DNA of 64,000 nucleotides, taken from positions 1-64,000 of IMG/VR virus record IMGVR_UViG_3300002039_000001. One strand, written 5' to 3'. The DNA comes from a virus. Below are positions 9,506 through 18,183 of the stretch, piece by piece. Every line of letters starts with the position of its first letter. Positions within the stretch are counted from its first letter, which is position 1. The notes beneath the pieces were generated by a model. It had not been told where the DNA came from and searched no databases. It saw only the letters and a program-made list of their open reading frames with translations. The position numbers and the translations under genes were made by a program.

Positions 9506-9958
9506 ATGATCCGCGAGAACATACCGCTGTCTGATCTGACGGCGGCGATGAGGAACCAGCCATCACACCGATACCGGGTGATCGTCAAATCCCAGTACGA
9601 CGCCGACACGTTCCGTGGGTGGCTTGATCTCGGTTGCAACGTTTGGTTAACCGGCAAGAAAAACAAGGGTGAAGGGTTCCGTCTCATCGGTATCGACACA
9701 CCAGAAGTGGCTAGGTCCAAGCAAACGACCAAAGCCAAACGTGAGAAAGAACACGCAATGGGTCGCGAAGCCCGCGACTACATCCGTGGCCTCGTTGCCA
9801 TCGAATCCGATTTGGTTGTTGAGACGTTCGGGAAAGACAAGTACGGACGATGGTTGTCACGGGTTTGGATACCGGGTGGTCCATGCCTCAACGAACTATT
9901 GATCGTCAAGGGTCACGCTGTCGAATACGACGGCGGCACCCGCCTATACCCCGTGTAA
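9506..9958 (+). CDS. thermonuclease (staphylococcal nuclease, SNase-like)
   Basis: 150 aa. FRLIGIDTPE signature, KEHAMGREARDYIRGLV, KDKYGRWLSRVW, LLIVKGHAVEY. Preceded by a 225-nt less GC-rich spacer. Confidence 0.8.
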   Translation: MIRENIPLSDLTAAMRNQPSHRYRVIVKSQYDADTFRGWLDLGCNVWLTGKKNKGEGFRLIGIDTPEVARSKQTTKAKREKEHAMGREARDYIRGLVAIESDLVVETFGKDKYGRWLSRVWIPGGPCLNELLIVKGHAVEYDGGTRLYPV

Positions 9959-9975
9959 ACCGAAAGGATCACAAC

Positions 9976-10626
9976 ATGTCAAAGCAACCAGTATTGGACT
10001 TCACCGGCGAAGCGACGATCGTTCACCGACCGGACGGTACCCGAGTACTAAAGGAGGCTATCACATGGGTCGAAACGTGGGATGAAGTGCGCGGCGGACC
10101 CGCTGTTGGTTCACGCACGTTCACCGCCCCAGCCGGAATGGTCCACGACGGAATGTCCGTACCGTTCTCGCAACTCTCCATCGCCGGTTACCTCACGTCG
10201 ATCGTGTTGTTCTTCGGGTTCGACGCAACCACCGCCGCGCTCGTTGTCGCCGGGTTGACTGGTGTGATCACATCGGCGTTGGCGCACATGAACGGTGCCA
10301 CGATGCAGCTTCCCGCCGCGTTGCATGACGCCGCCTACCGGTTGCGTACGTGGGACGACCCCGACCATCCCGGGAACCTCAACCGCCGGGGTGAGAAGAT
10401 GACCCGAGCGGAGGCTGACAAGTTGATGCGGTCCGCTGCGCTGATTAACGGTAGGCGAGCTCGCCGCAAGGTGTCCGCGGCGAAAGCGTGGTTCCTTGGC
10501 GGCACTCATTGGGCGCAACGATGGGTGGCTTGGACAGTGCTCGCCCCGATGCTCGGCGGGTATTTGGCGTCTAAGAAGTCGTTCGGTCAGATGGTGATCG
10601 ATCGAAGCGTCCTAGACGACGAGTAA
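9976..10626 (+). CDS. DUF1353-like membrane protein
   Basis: ATG 9976 after gaaagga. APAGMVHDGMSVPF and LHDAAY match the DUF1353 pattern (G..tDG.S.P ... HD..Y). Hydrophobic segments lie between them. Confidence 0.6.
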   Translation: MSKQPVLDFTGEATIVHRPDGTRVLKEAITWVETWDEVRGGPAVGSRTFTAPAGMVHDGMSVPFSQLSIAGYLTSIVLFFGFDATTAALVVAGLTGVITSALAHMNGATMQLPAALHDAAYRLRTWDDPDHPGNLNRRGEKMTRAEADKLMRSAALINGRRARRKVSAAKAWFLGGTHWAQRWVAWTVLAPMLGGYLASKKSFGQMVIDRSVLDDE

Positions 10627-10636
10627 CGTTCGGGTC

Positions 10637-10945
10637 ATGGAAGAACCCAGCACACATATGACCGCCGAGCAGCAATTTCAGAAAGCGATCGAGGACGCAG
10701 TTCACGAGTGGTGGCCGAAGATGGTCGGAGACGCGTTGTCGAATCAGGACACCGTTGACTTCTATGACGAGCATGATGCGCTTGAGGACTTTCGAGTGTC
10801 CGCCCCAACGGCGTGGGTCATGACGATAGAAGGTCGACCTTTAGACCCCGAAGCGTCAAGCGCGTTCACACGCCATTACCACCGACCTAGCCAGTCGCCC
10901 GCTACATCACGGGGTCTCGCCGAGTACTGCCGAGAGAACTGGTAA
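10637..10945 (+). CDS. hypothetical protein
   Basis: 102-aa acidic ORF that fills the gap with no competing frame. Confidence 0.5.
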   Translation: MEEPSTHMTAEQQFQKAIEDAVHEWWPKMVGDALSNQDTVDFYDEHDALEDFRVSAPTAWVMTIEGRPLDPEASSAFTRHYHRPSQSPATSRGLAEYCRENW

Positions 10946-10948
10946 CAC

Positions 10949-11944
10949 ATGGAACATCCGCCGATCGTTGGTGACATCACCGACGAAGTACTGGCACTGT
11001 TCGTGCAGGCACAAGAGCGGATCATCGCGGAGCAAGCCAAGATCCTCGCACTCCCAGAAGACCAACGGAAACGACACGCCGCATACCGACGACGTCTCCG
11101 CGACATGGAAGCAGCGATCGAACAAGAAGTGAAACAACTACTCGGCGGGTTCCAACAATGGGCCGAAGGACGCATACCCGTCGTCTACGAAGAGGGCGCC
11201 CGAACCGCGGCACGAGTAGCACTCGAATCAGGTGTCGCGTTCGGTGAGTTCACATGGACCCAAATCCATGTCGACGCTGTCACCGAACTCGCCCAAGACA
11301 CATTCGCTGATGTGCTCGAGGCGACACAGTTCGTGGAGGAAGACACGAAGCGGTGGATACGGGAGATGGGACGCCGGAACACGGCCGGGTCGATAATAGA
11401 AGGGCGCACAGCGGAGCAAGCAGCCCGAGACCTGGCCAAACACGGGGCGAAACGACTCGGAAAGATGGGTGACCCGCTACCGATTACATCGGTCATCTAC
11501 AAGAACGGTTCGCTACGCACGCTCGACGATTACGCGGACATGCTGATCCGCACTAAGACTGCCCAGTCGTTCAACGCCGGCACGCTGAATTATTCGACCG
11601 AATACGGTGTGACTAGGTTCGAGATATTCGACGGTTCCGACTGTGGTTTGGTCGCTCATGACGATCCGCAGAAAGCGAACGGTTTGATCGTCGACGCGAA
11701 GACGGCGGCGCAGTACCCGATTTCGCATCCTCGGTGTCGTCGGGCGTTCGGGCCACGGCCTGACCTGGATGATGGGACACCAACGGCGGAACCGGTGTTT
11801 AATCCGTCGACGACCGCGGCGCAGCGAGCCGACCAAGCCGCCGCGGAACAGGACCGGAGCAGACGGTTACGGCGGCAACGAACAGCACGTAATGCCCGCC
11901 GAGCTCGTGCCGAGCGTCGGGCGCGCACACCACGCACCGGGTAG
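10949..11944 (+). CDS. MuF / SPP1 gp7-like minor head protein (putative)
   Basis: 331 aa. ...AQYPISHPRCRRAFGP resembles the HPNCRC motif of Phage_Mu_F proteins. Arg-rich C-terminal tail. Confidence 0.55.
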   Translation: MEHPPIVGDITDEVLALFVQAQERIIAEQAKILALPEDQRKRHAAYRRRLRDMEAAIEQEVKQLLGGFQQWAEGRIPVVYEEGARTAARVALESGVAFGEFTWTQIHVDAVTELAQDTFADVLEATQFVEEDTKRWIREMGRRNTAGSIIEGRTAEQAARDLAKHGAKRLGKMGDPLPITSVIYKNGSLRTLDDYADMLIRTKTAQSFNAGTLNYSTEYGVTRFEIFDGSDCGLVAHDDPQKANGLIVDAKTAAQYPISHPRCRRAFGPRPDLDDGTPTAEPVFNPSTTAAQRADQAAAEQDRSRRLRRQRTARNARRARAERRARTPRTG

Positions 11945-12217
11945 CTGAACTGTCCAAGCGTTGGTGGGCGTGATTGATATTGTGGCCCTAAGGGCATGGA
12001 TGACATCCACACGAAACGACTTCAAGGCGTGGCGGCTACTTGCACGATGGCAGTGGACACACCGCAGAGAATGCAACCTCCCCGAGACATGGCGATACGT
12101 CGACTCAGGCGACATATATGTCGACAACACATGACCTGTTCACATCACTACCGTCGCGTCCCTAGTCAGCCTTACCTGAACCAGTCTGATGAAGGTCTCC
12201 CGGTTGGTGTTACTGAT

Positions 12218-12454
12218 ATGCCGGAATCGTGTTGGCGTTGCGGCCTGATATTGGACATGGATGCGAGTGTCGCCGCTCAAATGTACGGAGGTGGCGATAC
12301 CGAGTTCGGTGACGTGGCTTGCGTGCATTTCTTGCCGGTTCTGGAAGGATGGACCGTCGACGAAAAAATCGGTTGGTTGCGTCAAGGGTTCGACCTGCCC
12401 GATTCTCAATTGTGGGAAACGATGGTCGTCCACGAGGGTTGTGAAATCTGCTAG
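12218..12454 (+). CDS. hypothetical small Cys-containing protein
   Basis: The frame is open from 11996, but the first 74 codons are Arg/His-rich and look non-coding. ATG 12218 gives MPESCWRCG...HEGCEIC (78 aa). Confidence 0.3.
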   Translation: MPESCWRCGLILDMDASVAAQMYGGGDTEFGDVACVHFLPVLEGWTVDEKIGWLRQGFDLPDSQLWETMVVHEGCEIC

Positions 12455-12476
12455 GTGGATGTGGCAACCTAGAGGT

Positions 12477-12791
12477 ATGCAGCACCTAAACCTTGTAGTT
12501 GACCAAGACGGATACGTGAGGATCGGGGCGCCGACAGACGCCCCGAAGGTGTCATGGACGCAAGTCCAAGACGTCCTCGACTCGATCGACCTCAACGAAA
12601 TTGAGCAGGTCGCGATGCGGGAATCGTCGATGGCACAGAAACCGCAGATCGGTGAGCGTACCCGAGCCACAATCGGGCACGCATTGTACGGTTTGTTCCA
12701 TGACGACCCCGGCGCACATCCTCCGAGCGCGCAAACGGATGAACAAACAAGTGTCGTGGTCGACGGGACAAATCAGGAAACCGTCGACTAA
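12477..12791 (+). CDS. hypothetical protein
   Basis: ATG 12477 lies inside track ORF 12261-12791. The upstream part overlaps 12218-12454. Confidence 0.5.
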   Translation: MQHLNLVVDQDGYVRIGAPTDAPKVSWTQVQDVLDSIDLNEIEQVAMRESSMAQKPQIGERTRATIGHALYGLFHDDPGAHPPSAQTDEQTSVVVDGTNQETVD

Positions 12792-12843
12792 AGGACCGTC
12801 CGACCCGGCCACGTTCCAACCCACGATCGTTGAAGGTGCTCTG

Positions 12844-13101
12844 GTGTATTCGGGTCCGTTGGCGATCAACTCGGTCGCTGATCAGCACCAATCGAAGTTC
12901 TCGTCCGGTGATGACGTCATGACGGACACGCACCGGTTGACGATGGAACTGGGATCGGAAGACATCCGGCCGGGAGACATCGTCACTGACGACGCGTTCC
13001 CGGGCAAGTTGTTTAAGGTCACAGACTTTCGGGTCTCGGACTTCGCTGTTCGGAGGTTGATCGGGTTGCGTTCGATCAGCCGGTCGGAGTCGATTCAGTG
13101 A
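12844..13101 (+). CDS. head-tail adaptor-like protein (putative; start uncertain)
   Basis: GTG 12844 after gaaggtg; alternative ATG at 12919. ...GDIVTDDAFPGKLFKVTDF... resembles head-tail joining proteins. Position just before an HK97 gp10-like gene. Confidence 0.4.
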   Translation: MYSGPLAINSVADQHQSKFSSGDDVMTDTHRLTMELGSEDIRPGDIVTDDAFPGKLFKVTDFRVSDFAVRRLIGLRSISRSESIQ

Positions 13102-13499
13102 CCGTCTCGATAACGATCGATGGGCTGGCCGGTATTGAAGGGATGCTAAAGCCTGTGCCACCGGGCAACGTTCGGCGTGGCGTTTACCGTGGCGCGCTCA
13201 TCGTCGAATCAGCGATCAAAGCTAATGCGTCGGGTCGCCCAGGTCCGAGGGTCCAAACCGGTGACTACCGCAGGTCATGGAACACACGCAACGTTTCCGC
13301 TGATGGTGACGGGGTTGCTGTGTCGGTTGGGACGAACCGTCCGCAAGCACGCCGCCTAGAGTTCGCGTTCTCCGGCGCCGATAGTTTGGGACGTGTGTAC
13401 TCACAGCCAGCGTTTCCGCATGTCGAACCGGCCATCGAATCATCTCGGGGCAAAGTTCTCGAGCTGATCGCCAAAGAGATCATGGACGGCAGGTCATGA
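13098..13499 (+). CDS. HK97 gp10-like head-tail connector / tail completion protein
   Basis: 133 aa. ...VQTGDYRRSW... and overall layout match the HK97 gp10 family. GTGA overlap with the preceding gene. Confidence 0.55.
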   Translation: MTVSITIDGLAGIEGMLKPVPPGNVRRGVYRGALIVESAIKANASGRPGPRVQTGDYRRSWNTRNVSADGDGVAVSVGTNRPQARRLEFAFSGADSLGRVYSQPAFPHVEPAIESSRGKVLELIAKEIMDGRS

Positions 13500-14050
13500 G
13501 ACGTTTCAACCGGATCGGTGTAACCCGCTACCTGTTCGCCCCCACATTGACCGACCCGTGCAATCCGACACTTGCCGAGCTCGCCGCGGCGATCGATATC
13601 ACATGTGAAGCGCAAGGCGTCGCCGGGTTCACACCGAACTATCGGATGAAGGAACTCGAGTCGGATACGACCCCGGACAACATCGGTATCGTCGGAACAA
13701 GGGCGGCGTTGAACCCTACGTTCGCTATGCACGATCTGGAGTTCGACGGTTCGGTCCTTCGACCCATGTTCGAAGTTGGTACGACCGGATACCTGATCGT
13801 TGCCCCGTACGGTGTCGATCACTTAGCGACCGATGGTGGCCGGGTCGAAGTGTTCCCCGTCATGTCCGCTGGTAACGACGAAGAGTTCACAGGCGCCCGG
13901 AACGATCCGGCGTTGTGGATACTGTCGCTTGTGGTGACCGGACCAAGGTGTGATGCGATCATCGACACGGACGGTCAGTTCGCGTTGTTGCATGAGAACG
14001 GTGACAACATATTGACGGAGAACGGTCTAGACACCCTACGCGTGGAGTAA
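13496..14050 (+). CDS. tail-tube-like / neck protein (paralogue-like to 18184-18690 at the N-terminus)
   Basis: 184 aa. N-terminal YLFAPTLTDPCNPTLAELAAAIDIT parallels LIWLPAANAAADIEAPTQAELGHA of the putative major tail protein. Confidence 0.45.
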   Translation: MRRFNRIGVTRYLFAPTLTDPCNPTLAELAAAIDITCEAQGVAGFTPNYRMKELESDTTPDNIGIVGTRAALNPTFAMHDLEFDGSVLRPMFEVGTTGYLIVAPYGVDHLATDGGRVEVFPVMSAGNDEEFTGARNDPALWILSLVVTGPRCDAIIDTDGQFALLHENGDNILTENGLDTLRVE

Positions 14051-14071
14051 CTGTCGTGGTGGTCTGGTGAA

Positions 14072-17000
14072 ATGCCAGATCGCAGAGTGTCCGAACTCCC
14101 ACCAGTTTCTACGGTCGCCGATGCGGACGTTCTCAAGGTCGTCGCTGCGAGTGTCTCATCGAAAATCACCGTCGCCAATCTTCGTACCGTCGTAGCGGGC
14201 GCCGCACAAACCGCAGCGAACAACGCGCAGACCGCAGCGAACGCCGCCGCGGCGACCGCGTCATCAGCGTCAACGACCGCCAACACGGCGCTGACCACCG
14301 CGAACAGTGCTTCGACGACGGCAACCGCGGCGAACACCGCTGCAAGTGCCGCCCAATCATCGGCGAACGCGGCGCAGACCACCGCTGACGCGGCGACCAC
14401 GGACCTTGCGTCACTGAACCGCATCGATGACACGGTCACGGTCGCGGATGTTGGTAACGCTGTCCCGGCCGGGTTCTCGTTCGGGTTCAACCCAGCGACC
14501 GGTGACCGGTTCTACCGCAACGCCGGGGGCAACTGGGCGCAGGTGCCGACAGGTGGCGGAGGTGGCACCGCCGAAGTGGACAACACCGTCACCGTCGCGG
14601 ACATCGGCTCCGCAGCCGGCGCCGGGATCGTATGGGGATTCAACCCGGCGACCGGTGACACGTTTTACGTTGATGCTGGCGGCAACTTCCAAGCTGTCCC
14701 TGACGACGATTCGCAGAACGCCGATGAGGTCGACAACACGATCACCGCCGCGGATGTCGGTAACGCTGTTCCTGCTGGTATCGAATGGGGATTCGACCCG
14801 GCCACCGGGAACAGGTTCTACCGCAACAACGCCGGGAACTGGGCGCAGGTACCGACCGGGGGAGGCGGGTCAGCAGAGATCGACGACACGTACACCACCG
14901 CCCAGAACGGGAACGCCGCTCCGGCCGGGATCGCTTTCGGTGTCAACCCCAACACCGGAGACCGTGGCTACGTCGACAATGCAGGTAACTGGCAATCCGT
15001 CCCGGCCCCAGCAGGAGCAGCAACTCACGCCTACGTCGCGAACGTCGCAGCGCTCCGGGCGCTTGACACGTCGACATGGCAGATCGCGAACACCGACAAC
15101 AAGAACATGGCCCCGTCATATGTGTGGGTTGGTACGAACCAGTCCGCCAACCTTGACCCCGCCATGGTCATCGCCCCCAACTCGGATCTAACCGGAGCGT
15201 CGGGGGCGTGGCGCGCTTTGGCCCTCGATGCCCGCCTCGAGTGGTGGCACTCCGACACCGTCACTATCTCGGCAGGTACCGAGATGCTCGCCACCCTGCA
15301 GAACGCCACGACGTGGTGTGTCGCCAACAACGTGAAGCACCTCCGCTCGGACCTGGACTTCACTCTGACCGGCACATGGATTCCGGGCACGATGACCTAT
15401 GAGTTCAACGGCGAGATCACCGTTGGCAGTAACACGACCCGGATCGATGTCGGCCGAGATGTGCACTTCTCAGAAATTCGTTTGAAGACGTCGGCGACGT
15501 ACTCCGGTGTCCTGTTCCGGATCTTCGGTGAGGGGTCTGGTCTGAACGGGCGTTATACGCACGGCCGGATCTTCATCGAGTCGGATGGGTCGGATTCGGT
15601 GCCTGGTACCGCTTTTCAGCTCTGCACACTCGCGGCTGTCGGAGAGCAGTTGGCGTTCGTTGATGTTCATCGTCTGTACGTGGACGGTTTCACCATCGGC
15701 CTTCATGTGTGGAACGAACCCGGGTCGACGCTCTGGGTCAACGACAACAACATTACGGGCGACATGTATAACTGCAAGACGTTCGTTCTGTTCGAGAACG
15801 AAGGATCAGGCGAGCAGTCGTCGAACACGTTCCAGCTTGGTATGCAGCCACGGAAGAACGCCGGGGACTACGACTTCGCAGTTCAGGCCCGGGCGATCGG
15901 TGTTGGGTCTGGTATCCAAGCGAACAAGGTTGAGCTTCGCCCGCTTTGGGATTGGCTGGCTGAGGACCCGCTCGGTGGTTTCCATCCTGTTGCTTTCCAG
16001 TGGGGCGTCCCCGGCGATGTCGGCGAGGTCAAGGACAACCAGACCGAGGGTCGGTTCCCCGCCCAGCAGTTCGCCACGGTCAACGCTTCGAACACGTCTC
16101 GTGTGTACGGGGACGATTACAAGTCGATGTCGGATGAGGCTATCGCCCCGGTTGGACATGATTACGGGACGATCATCGGTGACACGAACAACGTGCTTGC
16201 CGACATCGATTCGAAGCTTGCATCAGCGATCACGTTGCAAGGCGATTGCACGCAGTGGACCGCCAACGATCTGAAGGCGTTCCTCGGGTTGCACTCTGGC
16301 GCGCTTCCCGTGGCGCGCAACATCGACGTCGGGTCGATTGACTTCGACTTCGGGATCGACAACGTGTTCGACGACCTCAAGTCTGTTGGTGTGATCTTCG
16401 ACGGTGACGGCCAGTTCACCCAATACGTCGAATTTTTCGTATCCGACGACGGTGTTGCGTGGGACCCGGTGAACGTTTCCAAAGCACATCCGAACGTGAG
16501 ACGGTTGGGTTCCGCTCATGTGTGTTCGCACAATTCGACGAACTCTGCGAACGGCAAGTTCCGGCACCTCCGCATCGCGTTCGACAACGACGGCGCGGCG
16601 ACCGCTGTGCGACCTCAGAAGATGTACGCGGCGTTCAAGGAATGGGATGGTGTAGCACCGTGGCTCTCTGGCGGGTTCCTTCCGCAGGCACCCGTCGACA
16701 CTGGTGGCACGAGACGACCGATCGTCATTCCTGGACCCGGCCAGATCGAAGTCGGAGGCCTCGCGGTTGGAGGAGGCGGAGCGTCTAACGAGATCGACAA
16801 CACCTACACCACCGCTGATATCGGCAACGCGGCTCCGGCCGGTGTTGAGTGGGGAATCAACCCAGCGACCGGTGACCGTGGGTATGTGAACGGTGCAGGC
16901 GATTGGGCCGCGGTCGTAGGCGGCGGTGGTGGTACGGGCACATATGCCCTTGACGTGACTACCGCGGACCGGACGAAGAACAACACCAACGACACCGCAT

Positions 17001-17392
17001 CGACAGTCGATCAGATGGCTATCACGTTGACCGCTGGCACGTGGAAGGTGTCTGCAGCGTTGGCGATCATCGGTGACGAGGGTGGTGACTTCGCAGCACG
17101 TATGAACGCCACGGCAGGACTCGCCGCGTCAACCGCCCGGTTCATCGTCGACGGTGGCCTCCCCGGCGACGCCACCCCAACCGCTGGTGGTGGCCGTCGT
17201 CAAGCCGTCCAGTTCGCCACGTCGGTCAACGCCGGTACGGAAATCGGTCAGGGCAGCATCCAGAAGTGGGACGGCGTCCTAGTCGTCACCACACCAGGAG
17301 TGCTCACACTCACGTGGGCGCAGGACACACAGAACGTGTCCGACACGACCCTGCAATCCGGGTCGATGCTCGAAGCGACACTCATTGCCTAA
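14072..17392 (+). CDS. large fibre / tailspike-like protein with beta-helix core and 5 copies of a ~50-aa repeat
   Basis: 1106 aa. Fibre-type N-terminus (SELPPVSTVADADVLKVV...), Ala/Thr/Asn-rich coiled segment, 4 tandem repeats, beta-helix-like repeats (VDGFTIGLHVWN..., NDNNITGDMYNC...), a fifth repeat, and a minor-tail-like C-terminal domain. Confidence 0.75.
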   Translation: MPDRRVSELPPVSTVADADVLKVVAASVSSKITVANLRTVVAGAAQTAANNAQTAANAAAATASSASTTANTALTTANSASTTATAANTAASAAQSSANAAQTTADAATTDLASLNRIDDTVTVADVGNAVPAGFSFGFNPATGDRFYRNAGGNWAQVPTGGGGGTAEVDNTVTVADIGSAAGAGIVWGFNPATGDTFYVDAGGNFQAVPDDDSQNADEVDNTITAADVGNAVPAGIEWGFDPATGNRFYRNNAGNWAQVPTGGGGSAEIDDTYTTAQNGNAAPAGIAFGVNPNTGDRGYVDNAGNWQSVPAPAGAATHAYVANVAALRALDTSTWQIANTDNKNMAPSYVWVGTNQSANLDPAMVIAPNSDLTGASGAWRALALDARLEWWHSDTVTISAGTEMLATLQNATTWCVANNVKHLRSDLDFTLTGTWIPGTMTYEFNGEITVGSNTTRIDVGRDVHFSEIRLKTSATYSGVLFRIFGEGSGLNGRYTHGRIFIESDGSDSVPGTAFQLCTLAAVGEQLAFVDVHRLYVDGFTIGLHVWNEPGSTLWVNDNNITGDMYNCKTFVLFENEGSGEQSSNTFQLGMQPRKNAGDYDFAVQARAIGVGSGIQANKVELRPLWDWLAEDPLGGFHPVAFQWGVPGDVGEVKDNQTEGRFPAQQFATVNASNTSRVYGDDYKSMSDEAIAPVGHDYGTIIGDTNNVLADIDSKLASAITLQGDCTQWTANDLKAFLGLHSGALPVARNIDVGSIDFDFGIDNVFDDLKSVGVIFDGDGQFTQYVEFFVSDDGVAWDPVNVSKAHPNVRRLGSAHVCSHNSTNSANGKFRHLRIAFDNDGAATAVRPQKMYAAFKEWDGVAPWLSGGFLPQAPVDTGGTRRPIVIPGPGQIEVGGLAVGGGGASNEIDNTYTTADIGNAAPAGVEWGINPATGDRGYVNGAGDWAAVVGGGGGTGTYALDVTTADRTKNNTNDTASTVDQMAITLTAGTWKVSAALAIIGDEGGDFAARMNATAGLAASTARFIVDGGLPGDATPTAGGGRRQAVQFATSVNAGTEIGQGSIQKWDGVLVVTTPGVLTLTWAQDTQNVSDTTLQSGSMLEATLIA
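14423..15010 (+). repeat. four tandem in-frame ~150-nt coding repeats
   Basis: Units begin IDDTVTVADVGNAVPAGFSFGFNPATGDRFYRNAGGNWAQVPTGGGG, VDNTVTVADIGSAAGAGIVWGFNPATGDTFYVDAGGNFQAVP, VDNTITAADVGNAVPAGIEWGFDPATGNRFYRNNAGNWAQVPTGGGG, IDDTYTTAQNGNAAPAGIAFGVNPNTGDRGYVDNAGNWQSVP. Confidence 0.85.
16793..16935 (+). repeat. fifth, dispersed copy of the same coding repeat
   Basis: IDNTYTTADIGNAAPAGVEWGINPATGDRGYVNGAGDWAAVVGGGGG, about 1.8 kb downstream of the tandem array in the same ORF. Confidence 0.8.
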
Positions 17393-17898
17393 TGACCATT
17401 CTCCTACCGAACGAGGACGAGATCACACAAGCGATCATCGACCTACTCCGAACGCAGATACCGATCGACGTACCCGCGTTACCGGCAACGTCGGACGGAT
17501 CGACACGCATCGGTGACGGCAAAGCCCCATATCCGAGGGACACGATCCTTCAACCAGTGGACTACCCGTATGCGTACGTCACGTCGATCGCTTCCGGTGA
17601 AGTCGCCATAAAGTCGTGGCACGCACAAGACACGCAACGATTCATATTTCAGATCACCAGCGTGTCCGGTGAACGTGATTCGGCGCAGCAGTTAGCGAAC
17701 GCGATCAAACAAATCTTGATCGGTCGGACCGTCCCTGCAGACCCGGCAACGGACCCTTCATGGTGGGATCACAAGATCGAAGGACCAACGACAAGGGTCA
17801 CGCACCGCGAGCAGAACTCCGGGTCGGGCACTCACCCAGTCGAAGGGGACCTGTGGAACACGGTCCATCGGTACGACATGCAATGCACTCGTAAGTGA
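17392..17898 (+). CDS. tail terminator / DUF3168-like protein (putative)
   Basis: ATG 17392 overlaps the previous stop (TAATG). 168 aa. ...ITQAIIDLLRTQ...DYPYAYVTSI... resembles tail-completion proteins. Precedes the tube gene. Confidence 0.4.
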   Translation: MTILLPNEDEITQAIIDLLRTQIPIDVPALPATSDGSTRIGDGKAPYPRDTILQPVDYPYAYVTSIASGEVAIKSWHAQDTQRFIFQITSVSGERDSAQQLANAIKQILIGRTVPADPATDPSWWDHKIEGPTTRVTHREQNSGSGTHPVEGDLWNTVHRYDMQCTRK

Positions 17899-17935
17899 CC
17901 GCGCACCCTACCCGTAGCGGCTAGTCGACTGTCGA

Positions 17936-18145
17936 ATGGTCGGCATGGCAGAAGTAGTCACCCTCATCATGAAGCGCGAAGACGGTACGGAAGACATCCG
18001 CGAGATGTACTCCGACAATCCTCGTGTGAAATTGCTCACCGACCTTGGTTTCAAGGTGAAGCGCGAAGAGCGCAACGCCGGCAAGTCCAAGGGCAAAGAG
18101 TCCGAGGGCGGCGACGAAACCGCCGACCAGAGCGGCGCCGACTGA
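17936..18145 (+). CDS. hypothetical small charged protein
   Basis: 69-aa ORF with ATG starts at 17936 and 17945. Confidence 0.45.
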   Translation: MVGMAEVVTLIMKREDGTEDIREMYSDNPRVKLLTDLGFKVKREERNAGKSKGKESEGGDETADQSGAD

Positions 18146-18183
18146 CGCCCACAACCTGAACCAACTACAGGAGAACAAACCAA

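Noticed and set aside
11996-12217. N-terminal 74 codons of track ORF 11996-12454.
   Set aside because: Arg/His-rich with no RBS. Coding-like sequence begins only near ATG 12218. Kept as a note because the frame is formally open.
14423-16935. The repeat array, considered as a CRISPR array or as template/variable repeats of a diversity-generating retroelement.
   Set aside because: The repeats are in-frame protein modules with no spacer structure. No reverse transcriptase is present in the window. Differences between copies affect all base types rather than adenines only.
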